Below, piece after piece: positions 30,089 through 40,542 of a stretch of 64,000 nucleotides of DNA (position 1 is its first letter; every line of letters begins with the position of its first letter). The notes below the pieces were generated by a model. The model saw nothing but the letters and a program-made list of their open reading frames with translations, searched no databases and was not told the origin of the DNA. The position numbers were made by a program, and so were the translations under genes. This DNA is from Alphaproteobacteria bacterium (GTDB lineage Bacteria; Pseudomonadota; Alphaproteobacteria; CALKHQ01): NCBI GenBank assembly GCA_965227515.1, contig CBDDFZ010000001.1, forward strand, positions 2,880,001-2,944,000. The letters are read 5' to 3'.

Positions 30089-31589
30089 CGGTCGTCCTCA
30101 CCACTTCGCCGCCATCGGGGTCCTCGACCACGAAGGTCACGTCGACGGTATCGTCGCCGAGCGTGTCGGGCGGCACGGCAATATACACCTGATAGGTCGT
30201 CACATCATCGGCGGCGGCGGGCAGGGCGACCGGCGCCGTCGCCGCGTCGTCAATGCCGACGATCCGGAACGTCGGGTCCTCAAGGCCCTCCACCGACAGC
30301 ATCAGCACGCGGTCGTCGTGCGACATGTTCAGGAGCTTGATCTGGTAGCCGTTGCGGATCGAGCCGTCCGAGAGCGTGATGAACAGCGGGTTGCGCTCGT
30401 GCAGAACCGTCACCGCTTCCGACGAGCGCGTCGACAGCGCGACCGTCATGATGATCGCCACCAGCAGCATGCTGGCGACATAGGCGATGGTCCTCGGCCG
30501 GACGATGCGCGGCTTTTGCATGGGCGGCGCCTTATCCATCGGCAGCGGGCCGCCACCGGCCAGCGCCGCCGCCTCCTTGGTCAGGGCCTGCATGTTGCTC
30601 TCGGTATCGAAGGCGATCAGCCCGCGCGGCCGGCCCACCTTGTCCATGATCCCATTGCAGGCGTCGATACACAGCGCGCAGCCGATGCATTCCAACTGGA
30701 TGCCGTCGCGGATGTCGATGCCCATCGGGCAGACCGCGACGCACTGCTTGCAATCCACGCAGTCGCCGCGCCCCTCCCAGGTCTGGTTCTTCTTGTGGGC
30801 ACCGCGCGGCTCGCCCCGCCAGTCGCGATAAGTCACCACCAGGCTGTCCTCGTCCAGCAGGGCGGCCTGGATGCGCGGCCACGGGCACATGTACGTGCAC
30901 ACCTGCTCGCGCGCCCAGCCGGCGAGGAGGTACGTCGTCATCGTGAACAGGCCGACGAAGAAGTAGGTCGCGGTGCCCGACTGGCCGGTGAAGAACTCGG
31001 CGACCAGGGTCGGCGCGTCCTGGAAGTACATGATCCAGGCGCCGCCAGTGAACAGCGCGATCAGCAGCCACGTGCCGTGCTTGGCGGCGCGGCGCGCCAG
31101 CTTGTTGGTCGACATCGGCGCCTTGTCCAGGCGCATGCGCTGGTTGCGGTCGCCCTCGATCAGCCGCTCGACCCACATGAACAGGTCGGTCCACACCGTC
31201 TGCGGGCACGCATAGCCGCACCAGATCCGGCCGAACAGGCTGGTGGCCAGGAACAGGCCGAGCGCGGAGAGGATCAGGATGCCGGTGAGGTAATAGACTT
31301 CCTGCGCCCAGATCTCGATGAAGAAGAAGTACGCCCGCCGGCCAGCCAGGTCGATCAGGATCGCCTGGTCCGGTACGCCCTCGCCACGGTCCCACCGCAG
31401 CCATGGCGTGATGTAGTAGATGGCGAGCAGGGCGATCAGCCCGCCCCATTTGATCGCGCGATAGCGGCCGTTCACCGCCTTGGGGTACACGCGTACGCGG
31501 CTGGCATAGAGCGAGGTCTTCTGCTCCTTGCGCGACAGAATATCGTCGGCGCCAGCGAGCGCAGCGTCGTTCGAGGTGTCGTCCGTCAA
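30069..31589 (-). CDS. ccoG: cbb3 accessory ferredoxin/cupric reductase CcoG
   Basis: GRIWCGYACPQTVWTD, CTYMCPWPR, CVDCKQCVAVCPMG, CIGCALCIDAC. Confidence 0.95.
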   Translation of the reverse strand: MTDDTSNDAALAGADDILSRKEQKTSLYASRVRVYPKAVNGRYRAIKWGGLIALLAIYYITPWLRWDRGEGVPDQAILIDLAGRRAYFFFIEIWAQEVYYLTGILILSALGLFLATSLFGRIWCGYACPQTVWTDLFMWVERLIEGDRNQRMRLDKAPMSTNKLARRAAKHGTWLLIALFTGGAWIMYFQDAPTLVAEFFTGQSGTATYFFVGLFTMTTYLLAGWAREQVCTYMCPWPRIQAALLDEDSLVVTYRDWRGEPRGAHKKNQTWEGRGDCVDCKQCVAVCPMGIDIRDGIQLECIGCALCIDACNGIMDKVGRPRGLIAFDTESNMQALTKEAAALAGGGPLPMDKAPPMQKPRIVRPRTIAYVASMLLVAIIMTVALSTRSSEAVTVLHERNPLFITLSDGSIRNGYQIKLLNMSHDDRVLMLSVEGLEDPTFRIVGIDDAATAPVALPAAADDVTTYQVYIAVPPDTLGDDTVDVTFVVEDPDGGEVVRTTDVFHGP

Positions 31590-31745
31590 GCTCCACGGCC
31601 CTTCCTCAACAGTCGGTGCACGGCGATCTCGGGGGACATCGTCGTGCCGACCAATTGATGAAAAACACGCGGGCGCGGGGCAGTCCCGTTCGCCTCGCGT
31701 GGATCAACGGGCCCGGTGTGCCGTATGTGCCACCGGCTGCCCACC

Positions 31746-32618
31746 CTACATGCCGCCACCCAGGCTGTGCACGTACACCGTCAGCATGTTGATGGTGCCC
31801 GGGTCCAACCGGTCGACCCAGGCCGGCATCACGCCATGCTGCGGATTTTCGATCTGTGCGGCAATCGCCGCCGGCGTTCCCTCGAACAGCCAGATGCGGT
31901 CGGCCAAACGTGGGGCACCCAGGGATTGCAGGCCCTCGCCATTTGCACCGTGGCAGGCCGCGCACTGCTGCGCGAAGGTCTCCGCGCCGCGCGCGGCGGC
32001 CTCCTCGTCATGCTCTAGCTCGGCGAGCGCAAGCACATGAGCCGTCACGTCGTTGATGGTGTCGCGGTCGAAATTCGGCATATCGCCGAAAGCCGGCATC
32101 TGCGAGAACCGAGTCTCTATCGGGTCGTGGCGCACGCCATAGGCAATGGTGGTGTGAATGTCCGCCAGCGTGCCGCCCCACAACCAATCGTCGTCGGCCA
32201 GCACCGGATAGCCGCCGTCCTGACCGGCACCGCCCAGCCCATGGCACGGCGCGCAGTTGTCGGCGAACGCGGCCCGGCCGCCGACCAGGGCGAACGACAG
32301 CAGGTCGGGATCGTCGACGATCTCTTCCAGCGGGGTGTCCGCCATCGCCTGAAACATGCCGCTTTGCGCACCGCGGGCGTCCTCAAGGCGGGATTCCAGC
32401 ACCACGCGCTCCTGGCGGCCGAGCACGCCCTCGAAGTAGCCCGTGAACCACGGGATCGACGGGTACAGCACGAAATAGAGCACCGCGATGCCGATGGTCA
32501 CGTAGAAGACGTACAGCCACCAGCGCGGCAACGGCAGGTCGTACTCCTGAATGCCGTCCCAGGAATGGCCGGTGGTCGTGTGCGCGGGGCCCGCATCCTT
32601 TTCGGTTTTCGTCGGCAT
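31746..32618 (-). CDS. ccoP: cbb3 cytochrome c oxidase subunit III
   Basis: TTGHSWDGIQEY..LPRWW, two CxxCH motifs, MPAF/MPAW. Confidence 0.96.
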   Translation of the reverse strand: MPTKTEKDAGPAHTTTGHSWDGIQEYDLPLPRWWLYVFYVTIGIAVLYFVLYPSIPWFTGYFEGVLGRQERVVLESRLEDARGAQSGMFQAMADTPLEEIVDDPDLLSFALVGGRAAFADNCAPCHGLGGAGQDGGYPVLADDDWLWGGTLADIHTTIAYGVRHDPIETRFSQMPAFGDMPNFDRDTINDVTAHVLALAELEHDEEAAARGAETFAQQCAACHGANGEGLQSLGAPRLADRIWLFEGTPAAIAAQIENPQHGVMPAWVDRLDPGTINMLTVYVHSLGGGM

Positions 32619-32624
32619 CCGGGT

Positions 32625-32837
32625 TCAGTCCTTATCCTCGGCCTTGCGGCTGCGCGCGGCGTTGTCGCGCTTTCCGGGCTCACGGGTCGGCATCTCGTCG
32701 TCTTCCAGCGGAATGCGGGCGGCATGCTCGAACTTGGCCTTGTTCGACGGCCACAGGGCGTACGCCACGATGCCCAGGAACAACAGCAGCAGCCACACCA
32801 CCCAGAGCGAACGGATCCATTCGTAGGCGTTTTCCAT
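32625..32837 (-). CDS. ccoQ: cbb3 oxidase subunit CcoQ
   Basis: Single TM helix followed by KAKFEHAARIPLEDD. Confidence 0.9.
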   Translation of the reverse strand: MENAYEWIRSLWVVWLLLLFLGIVAYALWPSNKAKFEHAARIPLEDDEMPTREPGKRDNAARSRKAEDKD

Positions 32838-32855
32838 CTGCTTCGGCTCCTTCGC

Positions 32856-33587
32856 CTATTGCAGCAGTTCTTCGGTGGTGTAGTCGGCGAACTCCACCAT
32901 CCGGCCCAGGATCTGCAGATAGGCGACCAGCGCATCCATCTCGCTGATCATGTCGGGGTTGCCGTCGAAGTCACCGGCGGCGGCCCGGGGATAGCGCTCC
33001 AGAAGATCGCGCGTGCTGCCGGTCGCACCGGCTTGGGCGGCAATGTCCTCCGCGGCGGCTGCGATCATGTCGTCGTCATAGGGCACGCCCACCGCCCGCA
33101 ACGCCAGCAGGTGCTCGGAGATGTCGTCGAACTCGATCGGCTCGTCGAGCAGGAACGGATAGCCCGGCATGATCGACTGCGGCACCACCGCGCGCGGGTC
33201 GACCAAATGGGCGACGTGCCAGGCGTCGGAGTACTTGCCGCCGACGCGCGCAAGGTCGGGCCCGGTACGTTTCGACCCCCATTGGAACGGGTGGTCGAAC
33301 ATGCTTTCCGCCGCCAGGCTGTAGTGGCCGTAGCGCTCCACCTCGTCGCGGAACGGGCGCACCATCTGGCTGTGGCAGTTGTAGCAGCCCTCGCGGAGGT
33401 AGATGTTGCGCCCCATCAGTTCCAGCGGGGAGTAGGGACGCACCCCGTCCACCGGCTCGATGGTCGACTTGATCGTGTGCAACGGCACGATCTCGACGAT
33501 GCCGCCGATGGCGATGGTGATCAGGATCAGCACCGCCAGCAGGGTGACGTTCTTCTCGGCGCGATTATGCAGGTTCAGTCCCGGCAT
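32856..33587 (-). CDS. ccoO: cbb3 cytochrome c oxidase subunit II
   Basis: [38 protein letters not shown]. Start ATG 33587 within the longer ORF. Confidence 0.96.
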   Translation of the reverse strand: MPGLNLHNRAEKNVTLLAVLILITIAIGGIVEIVPLHTIKSTIEPVDGVRPYSPLELMGRNIYLREGCYNCHSQMVRPFRDEVERYGHYSLAAESMFDHPFQWGSKRTGPDLARVGGKYSDAWHVAHLVDPRAVVPQSIMPGYPFLLDEPIEFDDISEHLLALRAVGVPYDDDMIAAAAEDIAAQAGATGSTRDLLERYPRAAAGDFDGNPDMISEMDALVAYLQILGRMVEFADYTTEELLQ

Positions 33588-33592
33588 GGCCG

Positions 33593-35116
33593 TCACTCCG
33601 CCGGTTGCGCGCCAAGCCCCGGCGCCGTGCTGGGCTCGGCCTGGTCGGCCGGCTCGGCAACGTCGCCGCGGATGGTGCGGATCAGGTTGTAGGCCATGAT
33701 CAGAGCGCCGAGCAGGAACAGAATGCCGCCCGCCGCGCGGATCAGATAGAACGGATGCATCGCCTCGACCGTCTCGACGAACGAGTACTGCAGGAATCCT
33801 AGCGCGTCGTAAGCCCGCCACATCAGGCCCTGCATGATGCCGGAGACCCACATCGCGGTGATGTAGAGCAGGATGCCGATGGTCGCGATCCAGAAGTGCC
33901 AGCTCACCAGGCGCAGCGAATAGAGGCCGGCACGGCCCCACAGCCGCGGCACCATGTAGTAGATGACGCCGAAGGAGATGAACGCGACCCAGCCGAGCGC
34001 GCCGGAATGCACGTGGCCGATGGTCCAGTCGGTGTAGTGGCTGAGCGCATTGACTTCGCGCACCGACATCAGCGGGCCCTCGAAGGTGCTCATGCCGTAG
34101 AAGGCGACGGAGATCACCATCATCCTGAGCACCGGGTCGGTCCTGAGTTTGTCCCAGGCGCCCGACAGCGTCATGATGCCGTTGATCATGCCGCCCCATG
34201 ACGGCATCCACAGCATGACCGAGAACGCCATGCCCAGGGTCTGCGCCCAGTCGGGCAGGGCGGTGTAGTGCAGGTGGTGCGGGCCGGCCCAGATGTACAG
34301 GAAGATCAGCGACCAGAAGTGGACGATGGACAGCCGGTAGGAATAGACCGGCCGGTTCGCGCGCTTCGGCACGAAATAGTACATCATCGCCAGGAAGCCT
34401 GCGGTCAGGAAGAAGCCGACCGCGTTGTGGCCGTACCACCACTGGGTCAGCGCATCCTGCACGCCGGCGAACAGCGAGTAGCTCTTGGCGCCGAACCAGT
34501 CCACCGGCACCGCCAGGTTGTTGCCGATGTGCAGCACGGCGATGGTCAGGATGAAGGCGAGGTAGAACCAGTTCGCCACATAGATATGCGGCTCCTTGCG
34601 CTTCATCAGCGTGCCGGCGAAGACCACCAGGTAGACGACCCAGACAATGGTCAGCCACAGGTCGGCGTACCACTCCGGCTCGGCGTATTCGCGGCCCTGG
34701 GTGATGCCCATGATGTAGCCGAGCGCGGCCATCACGATGAACAGCTGATAGCCCCAGAACAGGAACATGCCCGCACCCCAGCCGCCGAACATGCGGGCCC
34801 GGGTGGTGCGCTGGACGACATAGAGCGATGAGCCGAACAGGATGTTGCCGCCGAACGCGAAGATAGCGGCGGAGGTGTGGACCGGGCGCAGGCGCCCGAA
34901 GGTGAGATACTCGAAGTCGAAGTTCAGCGCCGGGAACGCGAGCTGCAGGGCGATGAAGACGCCAGCCAGGAACGCCACCACGCCCCAGAACATGGCCGCC
35001 AGCACGAACAGTCGCACCGGCTCCATCTCGTAAACGACGGCCCGGTCGGGCTCGGCCGGACCGTGCCGCACCGACTCCGCGGCGCCGGCATGTTCTTCTG
35101 CGACGGTCGCGCTCAT
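33593..35116 (-). CDS. ccoN: cbb3 cytochrome c oxidase subunit I
   Basis: [41 protein letters not shown]. Start 35116 or 35161. Confidence 0.97.
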   Translation of the reverse strand: MSATVAEEHAGAAESVRHGPAEPDRAVVYEMEPVRLFVLAAMFWGVVAFLAGVFIALQLAFPALNFDFEYLTFGRLRPVHTSAAIFAFGGNILFGSSLYVVQRTTRARMFGGWGAGMFLFWGYQLFIVMAALGYIMGITQGREYAEPEWYADLWLTIVWVVYLVVFAGTLMKRKEPHIYVANWFYLAFILTIAVLHIGNNLAVPVDWFGAKSYSLFAGVQDALTQWWYGHNAVGFFLTAGFLAMMYYFVPKRANRPVYSYRLSIVHFWSLIFLYIWAGPHHLHYTALPDWAQTLGMAFSVMLWMPSWGGMINGIMTLSGAWDKLRTDPVLRMMVISVAFYGMSTFEGPLMSVREVNALSHYTDWTIGHVHSGALGWVAFISFGVIYYMVPRLWGRAGLYSLRLVSWHFWIATIGILLYITAMWVSGIMQGLMWRAYDALGFLQYSFVETVEAMHPFYLIRAAGGILFLLGALIMAYNLIRTIRGDVAEPADQAEPSTAPGLGAQPAE

Positions 35117-35305
35117 GACGCTTTGTCCGATTCCATGTTCGCTCAACCTCGAATGGATCAAGTCTGTTCTACAGGCAGCGTACTACTGAGCCGACAAATT
35201 AGTTTCGAGTCCGAATTGTATCGGGTCGAAATCGAAGTTTGTCGACACGAATTCTGGCGCCGCACAAGATGTGACTGGAGCGTCACTTTCTGTCACCTAG
35301 CCGAC

Positions 35306-35328
35306 TTGTCGCAGCACAATTTGTCGCA
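35306..35328. promoter_or_regulatory. Possible RegA/PrrA(RegR)-type site in the ccoN / DUF2189 divergent region
   Basis: GCAGC-acaattt-GTCGC with a repeated TTGTCGCAG. GC-rich half sites around an AT spacer resemble RegR boxes. Confidence 0.3.
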
Positions 35329-35444
35329 GTGCTCAACCGGGAAGCACTCGGAATATTATAGTTGCATACGCTTGATAACAACGAACGCAGTGTCGGCATC
35401 TACTGGACGCCGACAGATGCGCGAAAGGAACGGGGTGCGCCGGC

Positions 35445-36266
35445 ATGGCGGATGCAGTGGCCGATAAAGTGATGGGTTCGAAACATCCGGTCGTGCGGCG
35501 CGTCGACATGGATCAGCCCTGGTCGTGGCTTGCGGCGGGATGGCGCGACCTGTGGCGCGCGCCGGCGCTGGGCCTGACCTATGGTCTGGTGTTCGCGGTT
35601 ATCGGCGCGGTGCTGACGTGGATCGTGATCGCGGAGGAAGTCTATTACCTGACCTTTCCGCTGATGGCCGGCTTCCTGCTGGTCGGCCCGATCGTCGCGG
35701 CCGGGCTGTATGAGACCAGCCGCCGCCTGGGCGCCGGCGAACCGCCGGCTGCCGGGGCCATGTTGGCGGGGCTGCGCCGCAATCCCAGCCAGATCGCGTT
35801 CTTCGGCGTCATTCTGCTGCTGTTCAATATCGCCTGGGTGCGACTGGCCTCGCTGCTGTTCATGCTGTACTTCAGCGACGGACCGCCGCCGGTCGATCCG
35901 GCAGGCTTTCTTGAGGCGGTGATCTCAATCGAGGCGATACCGTTCCTGATCATCGGCAACGTGATCGGCGCGGTGCTGGCGGCGCTCGTATTCGCGATCA
36001 GCGCCGTTTCGATTCCCCTGCTGGTGGACCGTCCCGACGCCAATGTGTTCACGGCCGTCGTCGCGAGCTGGCAAGCGGTCACCCACAACAAGGCGACGAT
36101 GTTCCTGTGGGCGTGGCTGATCGTGCTGTTCATCGGCATCGGCGTCGCAACCGCCTTTATCGGGCTGATCGTGACATTGCCATTGATCGGGCATGCGACC
36201 TGGGCCGCCTATCGCGATACGATCGAATGGCCCGACGAGGGCGCGGAAGGAGAGGCAGACAAGTGA
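35445..36266 (+). CDS. DUF2189 integral membrane protein
   Basis: PWSWLAAGWRDLWRAP, GFLLVGP..GLYETSRR, PLIGHATWAAYR. Confidence 0.88.
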   Translation: MADAVADKVMGSKHPVVRRVDMDQPWSWLAAGWRDLWRAPALGLTYGLVFAVIGAVLTWIVIAEEVYYLTFPLMAGFLLVGPIVAAGLYETSRRLGAGEPPAAGAMLAGLRRNPSQIAFFGVILLLFNIAWVRLASLLFMLYFSDGPPPVDPAGFLEAVISIEAIPFLIIGNVIGAVLAALVFAISAVSIPLLVDRPDANVFTAVVASWQAVTHNKATMFLWAWLIVLFIGIGVATAFIGLIVTLPLIGHATWAAYRDTIEWPDEGAEGEADK

Positions 36267-36508
36267 CCACCGACGAGAATGCGGTCGCGCCCGGAACCGG
36301 CGCGGCGCCCTGGGTGCTGGGCGGGATTATCAGCCTGATCGGCCTGTTGGGCCTGATCGCGGCGAGCGCGACCGGCGACGGGCCGGTCTACGTGATCGGT
36401 CTCGTTGTCTTTCTGGTCAGCGTGCTGTCCATCTTCGCGCTGATTGCCCGGTTCGCGGGGCGCAAGGGCCCCAGGACGCTGCAACCGGATTCGCTCCCCA
36501 GCGACTAG
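36263..36508 (+). CDS. Small two-TM membrane protein
   Basis: GTGA overlap with the upstream stop; two hydrophobic helices. Confidence 0.65.
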   Translation: MTTDENAVAPGTGAAPWVLGGIISLIGLLGLIAASATGDGPVYVIGLVVFLVSVLSIFALIARFAGRKGPRTLQPDSLPSD

Positions 36509-36548
36509 ATAATCTTGCGCTTGCGCTTGCGCTAAGTCGGCGCCGGCC

Positions 36549-38447
36549 TTACGGCTGCGCGGCACCCACGGCGGCGAGTGCGCCGGCCAGATGGGCCAAC
36601 GACAGCGCGCGTTCCGTCGCAACAGTCAGACGATGCGCCGCGGAGAAGCCTTCCGCCAACACTGATGCCGCGTCGTCGGGGCACGGTGTCGCCAGCGCGA
36701 ACGCGACGTTGGCCATGGCGTGCGACCGAAGCGAATCCTCGACATTGCCGACCTGGGACACGGCAAGCGCGCATTCGCCGATGTCGGCGGTTGCCATGGC
36801 GATCTCCATCCAGGCTTCGCCCTGCCAGTGATCGGACACGTGTGGCACCAGGGCGGCAGCGCCGTCCGGGTCGCCAGACCGCGCCTTCGCCGCTGCCAGG
36901 TTCACCAGCGTCCTGTCGTTGAGGGAAGGAGCACCGCCGTCGACCAGGGCCGTCGCCTGTGCCAATGCTTCTTCGACGCCTTCGCGTGCGCCTGCCATGG
37001 CCGCAGCCGCGATCAGGGTGAGGAGATGGAGCTGGTCGTCCGGGTCGTCGCCTTGCATTGCCATGACAATCGCCTGGTCCGCCGCCCCGGCGTCGGTCAT
37101 GGCTTCGACCAGGACCTCCAGTCCGGCTTGCCGCTCGACCGCGCGGGCTTCGCCCAACAGGGCATTGGCCTCGGCGAAATGGCCGGTGCCGATCAGGGCC
37201 TCAAGCAGGGTGTCGTCATCGCCAATGAAGGCCGGTGGCGCGGCATAGGCCATCGCTTCCTCGGTGCGGTCCAGATGGACCAGCGCGGCGCCGACCACCG
37301 GGGTCTCGAAGGAGTCCAGGGCGTCGGGATCGTCAAACTCGTCGACGATGAGCTGCGCGAGCGTCGCCACTGACTGATCCAGCCCTTGGCCGGCGAGCCG
37401 GCCGAGCAATTGCGCGAGGAACGGCAGGCGGTCCGCTTCGGCATAGCCGGCAACCGCCGGTTCGGCTGCCACCCAGCCATCGACGGCGATCCGGCCGGCC
37501 AGCGCGGCCGCCGAGGCGCCGGCGACGTGCGCAACCTCGTCCGCCATATCCAGTCGGCCGCGGGCGACCCATGCATCCGCCAGCAGCGCGAACGCGTTCA
37601 GCGCATCTCGCCTCCAGTCGGGCGTGCCGCTGCGCGAGACGAGGCGCAGGATGTCCGTGGCCTCGTCGAGCCGGTCACCGGCAATCAACGTATCGACGGC
37701 GCTGAAAACGAAGGCTTCGCTGTCGCCCGTGTTCGGCATCGCGCCGATCGTCGCCACAATGGTCTCGACGTCGCCGACCTCTGCCAACATGGCTGCAACT
37801 TCCAACGATTGCAGGATTGCCTGCCTGTCGCTCGCGGCAATGACGCGGTCGATCTCGCGCAAAGCAGCTTGTGCCGCCGCGCGGGCTTCGTCGGCGAGGC
37901 CGACGTCCGACAGCGCGCCCACGACATAGGAGAGCACGAACACGTGGCGACCACGGTCGGCGAACAGACCGTAGCCTCTGCCGATATCGCTGTAGTCGAG
38001 GCCCGAGGACAGTGCGGCCTGAATCGACCCGTCGGACAGGCAGTCGACGGTGGGCGCCGCGATACAGGACTCAAGGTCCGCGAGGCCCTGGACATTGGCA
38101 ATCGACTGGTCCAGGTCTTCCAGGCGTACGGTTGGCCTGTCGAAGGATGTCGCCAACATGACGGCGAGGTCGGTGTCCGCATAGTCGGTAACGATGGAGT
38201 GGATCAGAGTGCGCGCCTCGACGTAGTACGCCATGGCTGCGGCCGGATCCGTGGCCGCGCCATCGGCGATTTGGCGCAGCGCGAGTTCGCCCTGCCAAAG
38301 GGCTTCGCTCGCTTGATCCAGCAGCGCCTCCGCGGCAGCGGCGCGCTCGGTCGCGCTGTCCTGGCCGAAGCTGGCGGACGACAGCGGCACGGCCATGGCC
38401 GCCGCCAGCGCGACGGCAACCCACGATCGGGCGGGGAGGTTGCTCAT
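36549..38447 (-). CDS. Secreted alpha-helical repeat (TPR-like) protein
   Basis: Signal peptide, Ala-rich helical repeats of type A..G..D.A, CIAAPTVDCL motif. Confidence 0.7.
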   Translation of the reverse strand: MSNLPARSWVAVALAAAMAVPLSSASFGQDSATERAAAAEALLDQASEALWQGELALRQIADGAATDPAAAMAYYVEARTLIHSIVTDYADTDLAVMLATSFDRPTVRLEDLDQSIANVQGLADLESCIAAPTVDCLSDGSIQAALSSGLDYSDIGRGYGLFADRGRHVFVLSYVVGALSDVGLADEARAAAQAALREIDRVIAASDRQAILQSLEVAAMLAEVGDVETIVATIGAMPNTGDSEAFVFSAVDTLIAGDRLDEATDILRLVSRSGTPDWRRDALNAFALLADAWVARGRLDMADEVAHVAGASAAALAGRIAVDGWVAAEPAVAGYAEADRLPFLAQLLGRLAGQGLDQSVATLAQLIVDEFDDPDALDSFETPVVGAALVHLDRTEEAMAYAAPPAFIGDDDTLLEALIGTGHFAEANALLGEARAVERQAGLEVLVEAMTDAGAADQAIVMAMQGDDPDDQLHLLTLIAAAAMAGAREGVEEALAQATALVDGGAPSLNDRTLVNLAAAKARSGDPDGAAALVPHVSDHWQGEAWMEIAMATADIGECALAVSQVGNVEDSLRSHAMANVAFALATPCPDDAASVLAEGFSAAHRLTVATERALSLAHLAGALAAVGAAQP

Positions 38448-40207
38448 TGCCCGTCCTCCGACAGTGCGACCGCTGCGGTCGCGGCCAGCGACATCAGGTA
38501 GGCGCGGTCCTTCGGTTCCGCCGCCGCCTCGGCCAGTGCGATCATGTCGTCGATGACGTCACGCGCAGCGTCGACGTCCCCTACCTGGGCGAGGGCGGTC
38601 ACGATGTCGCGCAGGCCCGCCTGGCGCAGTAATGGCCGTTCGATCCCGTTGAGTGACGCGAGCGTTTCCTCAAGGGCGGGCCCTCCCTCTCGCACCAGTC
38701 GTTGCACGATGATCTGCGCCCGCAGCGTTTCGCGCTGGTCCTCGCGGATAAACGCCCGCCACGCCAGTTCCATTTCTTCGGCGCGCTCGAATTCGCCGGC
38801 GCGGGCCAGCGCCGTCGCCAGCACAAGCGTTGCGTCGATGGTTTGCCGCGGCTCCAATGACATGAGCGCCCGCTCGGCCGCGTTGATCAGCGCCATCGCC
38901 TTTGCCTCTTCCCCTGCATCGATCATCGCGATCGCGACGGTCGCCATGGTCATGGCGCCGACCTGCGGCGGATAGATGGTCTTGGCGAAGTCGGCAGCGA
39001 TATCCAAGGCTCCGGCTTCGATCAACGTCGTGAGAATATCGCTCAGTTTGTAGTCCGGTTCCCTGGACAGGTAGCGCCCGGACCGGCCCGCCTCGGCTGC
39101 CTTGTCCATCACGCCGAGCTCGACCAAGGCCGCAATGGCATCGGACATGAACTGCGGGGCCGGCGCGGCCTCCGCCACTTGGCGAGCTGCGTCGTCCATG
39201 CCGATGTTGTGCAACGTGACGATTATGGACGCGTAAGTTAGGCCGGAACGGATCGGATCCGGTGCGTCCTCACCTTCTGCCGCCGCCAACGCCAGGAAGG
39301 CGGCATCCAGCATGGCGAGCGCCTCGCCCGTATCGCCACGAATGGCGGTAACAAGCGCGCCGCCCCCGATCACCTGATTCGGGTTGTCGAGGTCCAGTGG
39401 GGGCAGCAATGCCAGTGCGGGGTCAATGTCGCCGGCGCGCAGCAGCATGTGAGCCAATTGTTGTTCGCTGGACGCGTCCAACAGCTCGCGATCGATTTGC
39501 TCGGCGATGACAGGTATGGCACCGGGCATGTCGTGCAAGACAAGATCGAAGAATAGCCGCGACCACTCCCAGCCTTGATCGGCGGTTTCCATCGCTGCCA
39601 TGTCTTCGACCAATCGCGTGAGCACGGCGGTGTACGGTCCTTCGAGACGTGCAAAGGCGTACACATCGGTCAGCACCCGCCATTGAAACAACCGGTCGTC
39701 GGGGTCGTCTATCTCGGCAACGGCATCCAATGTCGCTGCCAGTGCGTCGCGGCCTGCGTCGTCGCGGCCGGCGAGATAGAGGTCGACGCTGATGGTGGCC
39801 AGGCTTTCGATCCGGTCGTCGACGTCGCCGATGACACGGCCCATCGCTATTGCGGCGTCGGCCAGGCAATCGGCGCCTGGATCGGCGCGGCACGCGTTCA
39901 CCGTGCCGCGCAACAGCGGTTCGGCAAAGATCTCTAGCGACACCAGGCCAATCGCGTCGCCGTCGCGCAGCATTTGCGCGTATTCGCTTTCGGGATGCTC
40001 CGCCAGGAAGGCCTGAAGGCGGTCCAGCGCCTGGCTGTGGAGGTTGAGCCGCTCCCGTTCATCCTCCTCGGCCAGCGCCGCCCGGAATGTCATCGCCGCT
40101 TCCACGATATGCGCCTGGGCCGTGCCGTCGGCCTTTGCGGCGGCGAATGGAAAGGCGAGCAACATGGCGGCCAAATACGTGCAAAGGCATCTTCCATGCG
40201 CAGTCAT
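38444..40207 (-). CDS. Secreted alpha-helical repeat (TPR-like) protein, paralogue of neighbour
   Basis: Signal peptide (..AAAKA-D), CRADPGADCL motif, repeats ARAGEFERA / AQVGDVDAA; ATGA overlap with the neighbour. Confidence 0.7.
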   Translation of the reverse strand: MTAHGRCLCTYLAAMLLAFPFAAAKADGTAQAHIVEAAMTFRAALAEEDERERLNLHSQALDRLQAFLAEHPESEYAQMLRDGDAIGLVSLEIFAEPLLRGTVNACRADPGADCLADAAIAMGRVIGDVDDRIESLATISVDLYLAGRDDAGRDALAATLDAVAEIDDPDDRLFQWRVLTDVYAFARLEGPYTAVLTRLVEDMAAMETADQGWEWSRLFFDLVLHDMPGAIPVIAEQIDRELLDASSEQQLAHMLLRAGDIDPALALLPPLDLDNPNQVIGGGALVTAIRGDTGEALAMLDAAFLALAAAEGEDAPDPIRSGLTYASIIVTLHNIGMDDAARQVAEAAPAPQFMSDAIAALVELGVMDKAAEAGRSGRYLSREPDYKLSDILTTLIEAGALDIAADFAKTIYPPQVGAMTMATVAIAMIDAGEEAKAMALINAAERALMSLEPRQTIDATLVLATALARAGEFERAEEMELAWRAFIREDQRETLRAQIIVQRLVREGGPALEETLASLNGIERPLLRQAGLRDIVTALAQVGDVDAARDVIDDMIALAEAAAEPKDRAYLMSLAATAAVALSEDGQ

Positions 40208-40542
40208 ATGGCGCGGCTCCGCTGACCGAATGCTGAAAGATTGCGCATGTTACCATCGTGGGCTCGTTTGGCCACACGATACAACCACTACATGAAAGCC
40301 CGCCGGAAGTCGGTGGAACACCTGAGGCGCTGCTCTTGTGTATTCTGCTTAGTCTTCAATATATCTTAGGTTAAAACGTCTTAATAATTGTAAAAATGCC
40401 ATCATTTTATCAAAAAAGCCGTCTGCTTTTTGAGGTGTCGGCACAATTGAACCATCTGGTTACTGAAATAGTTTCGAGTATTAACTGATTTGCAATCAGG
40501 GGGTGTCACTCATAGATCAATTTCGCGCGCAATCTAGCGAGG

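Noticed and set aside
40371-40384. CtrA box upstream of the giant protein gene
   Set aside because: TTAA-N6-TTAA has the wrong spacing for TTAA-N7-TTAA, and the region is AT-rich.
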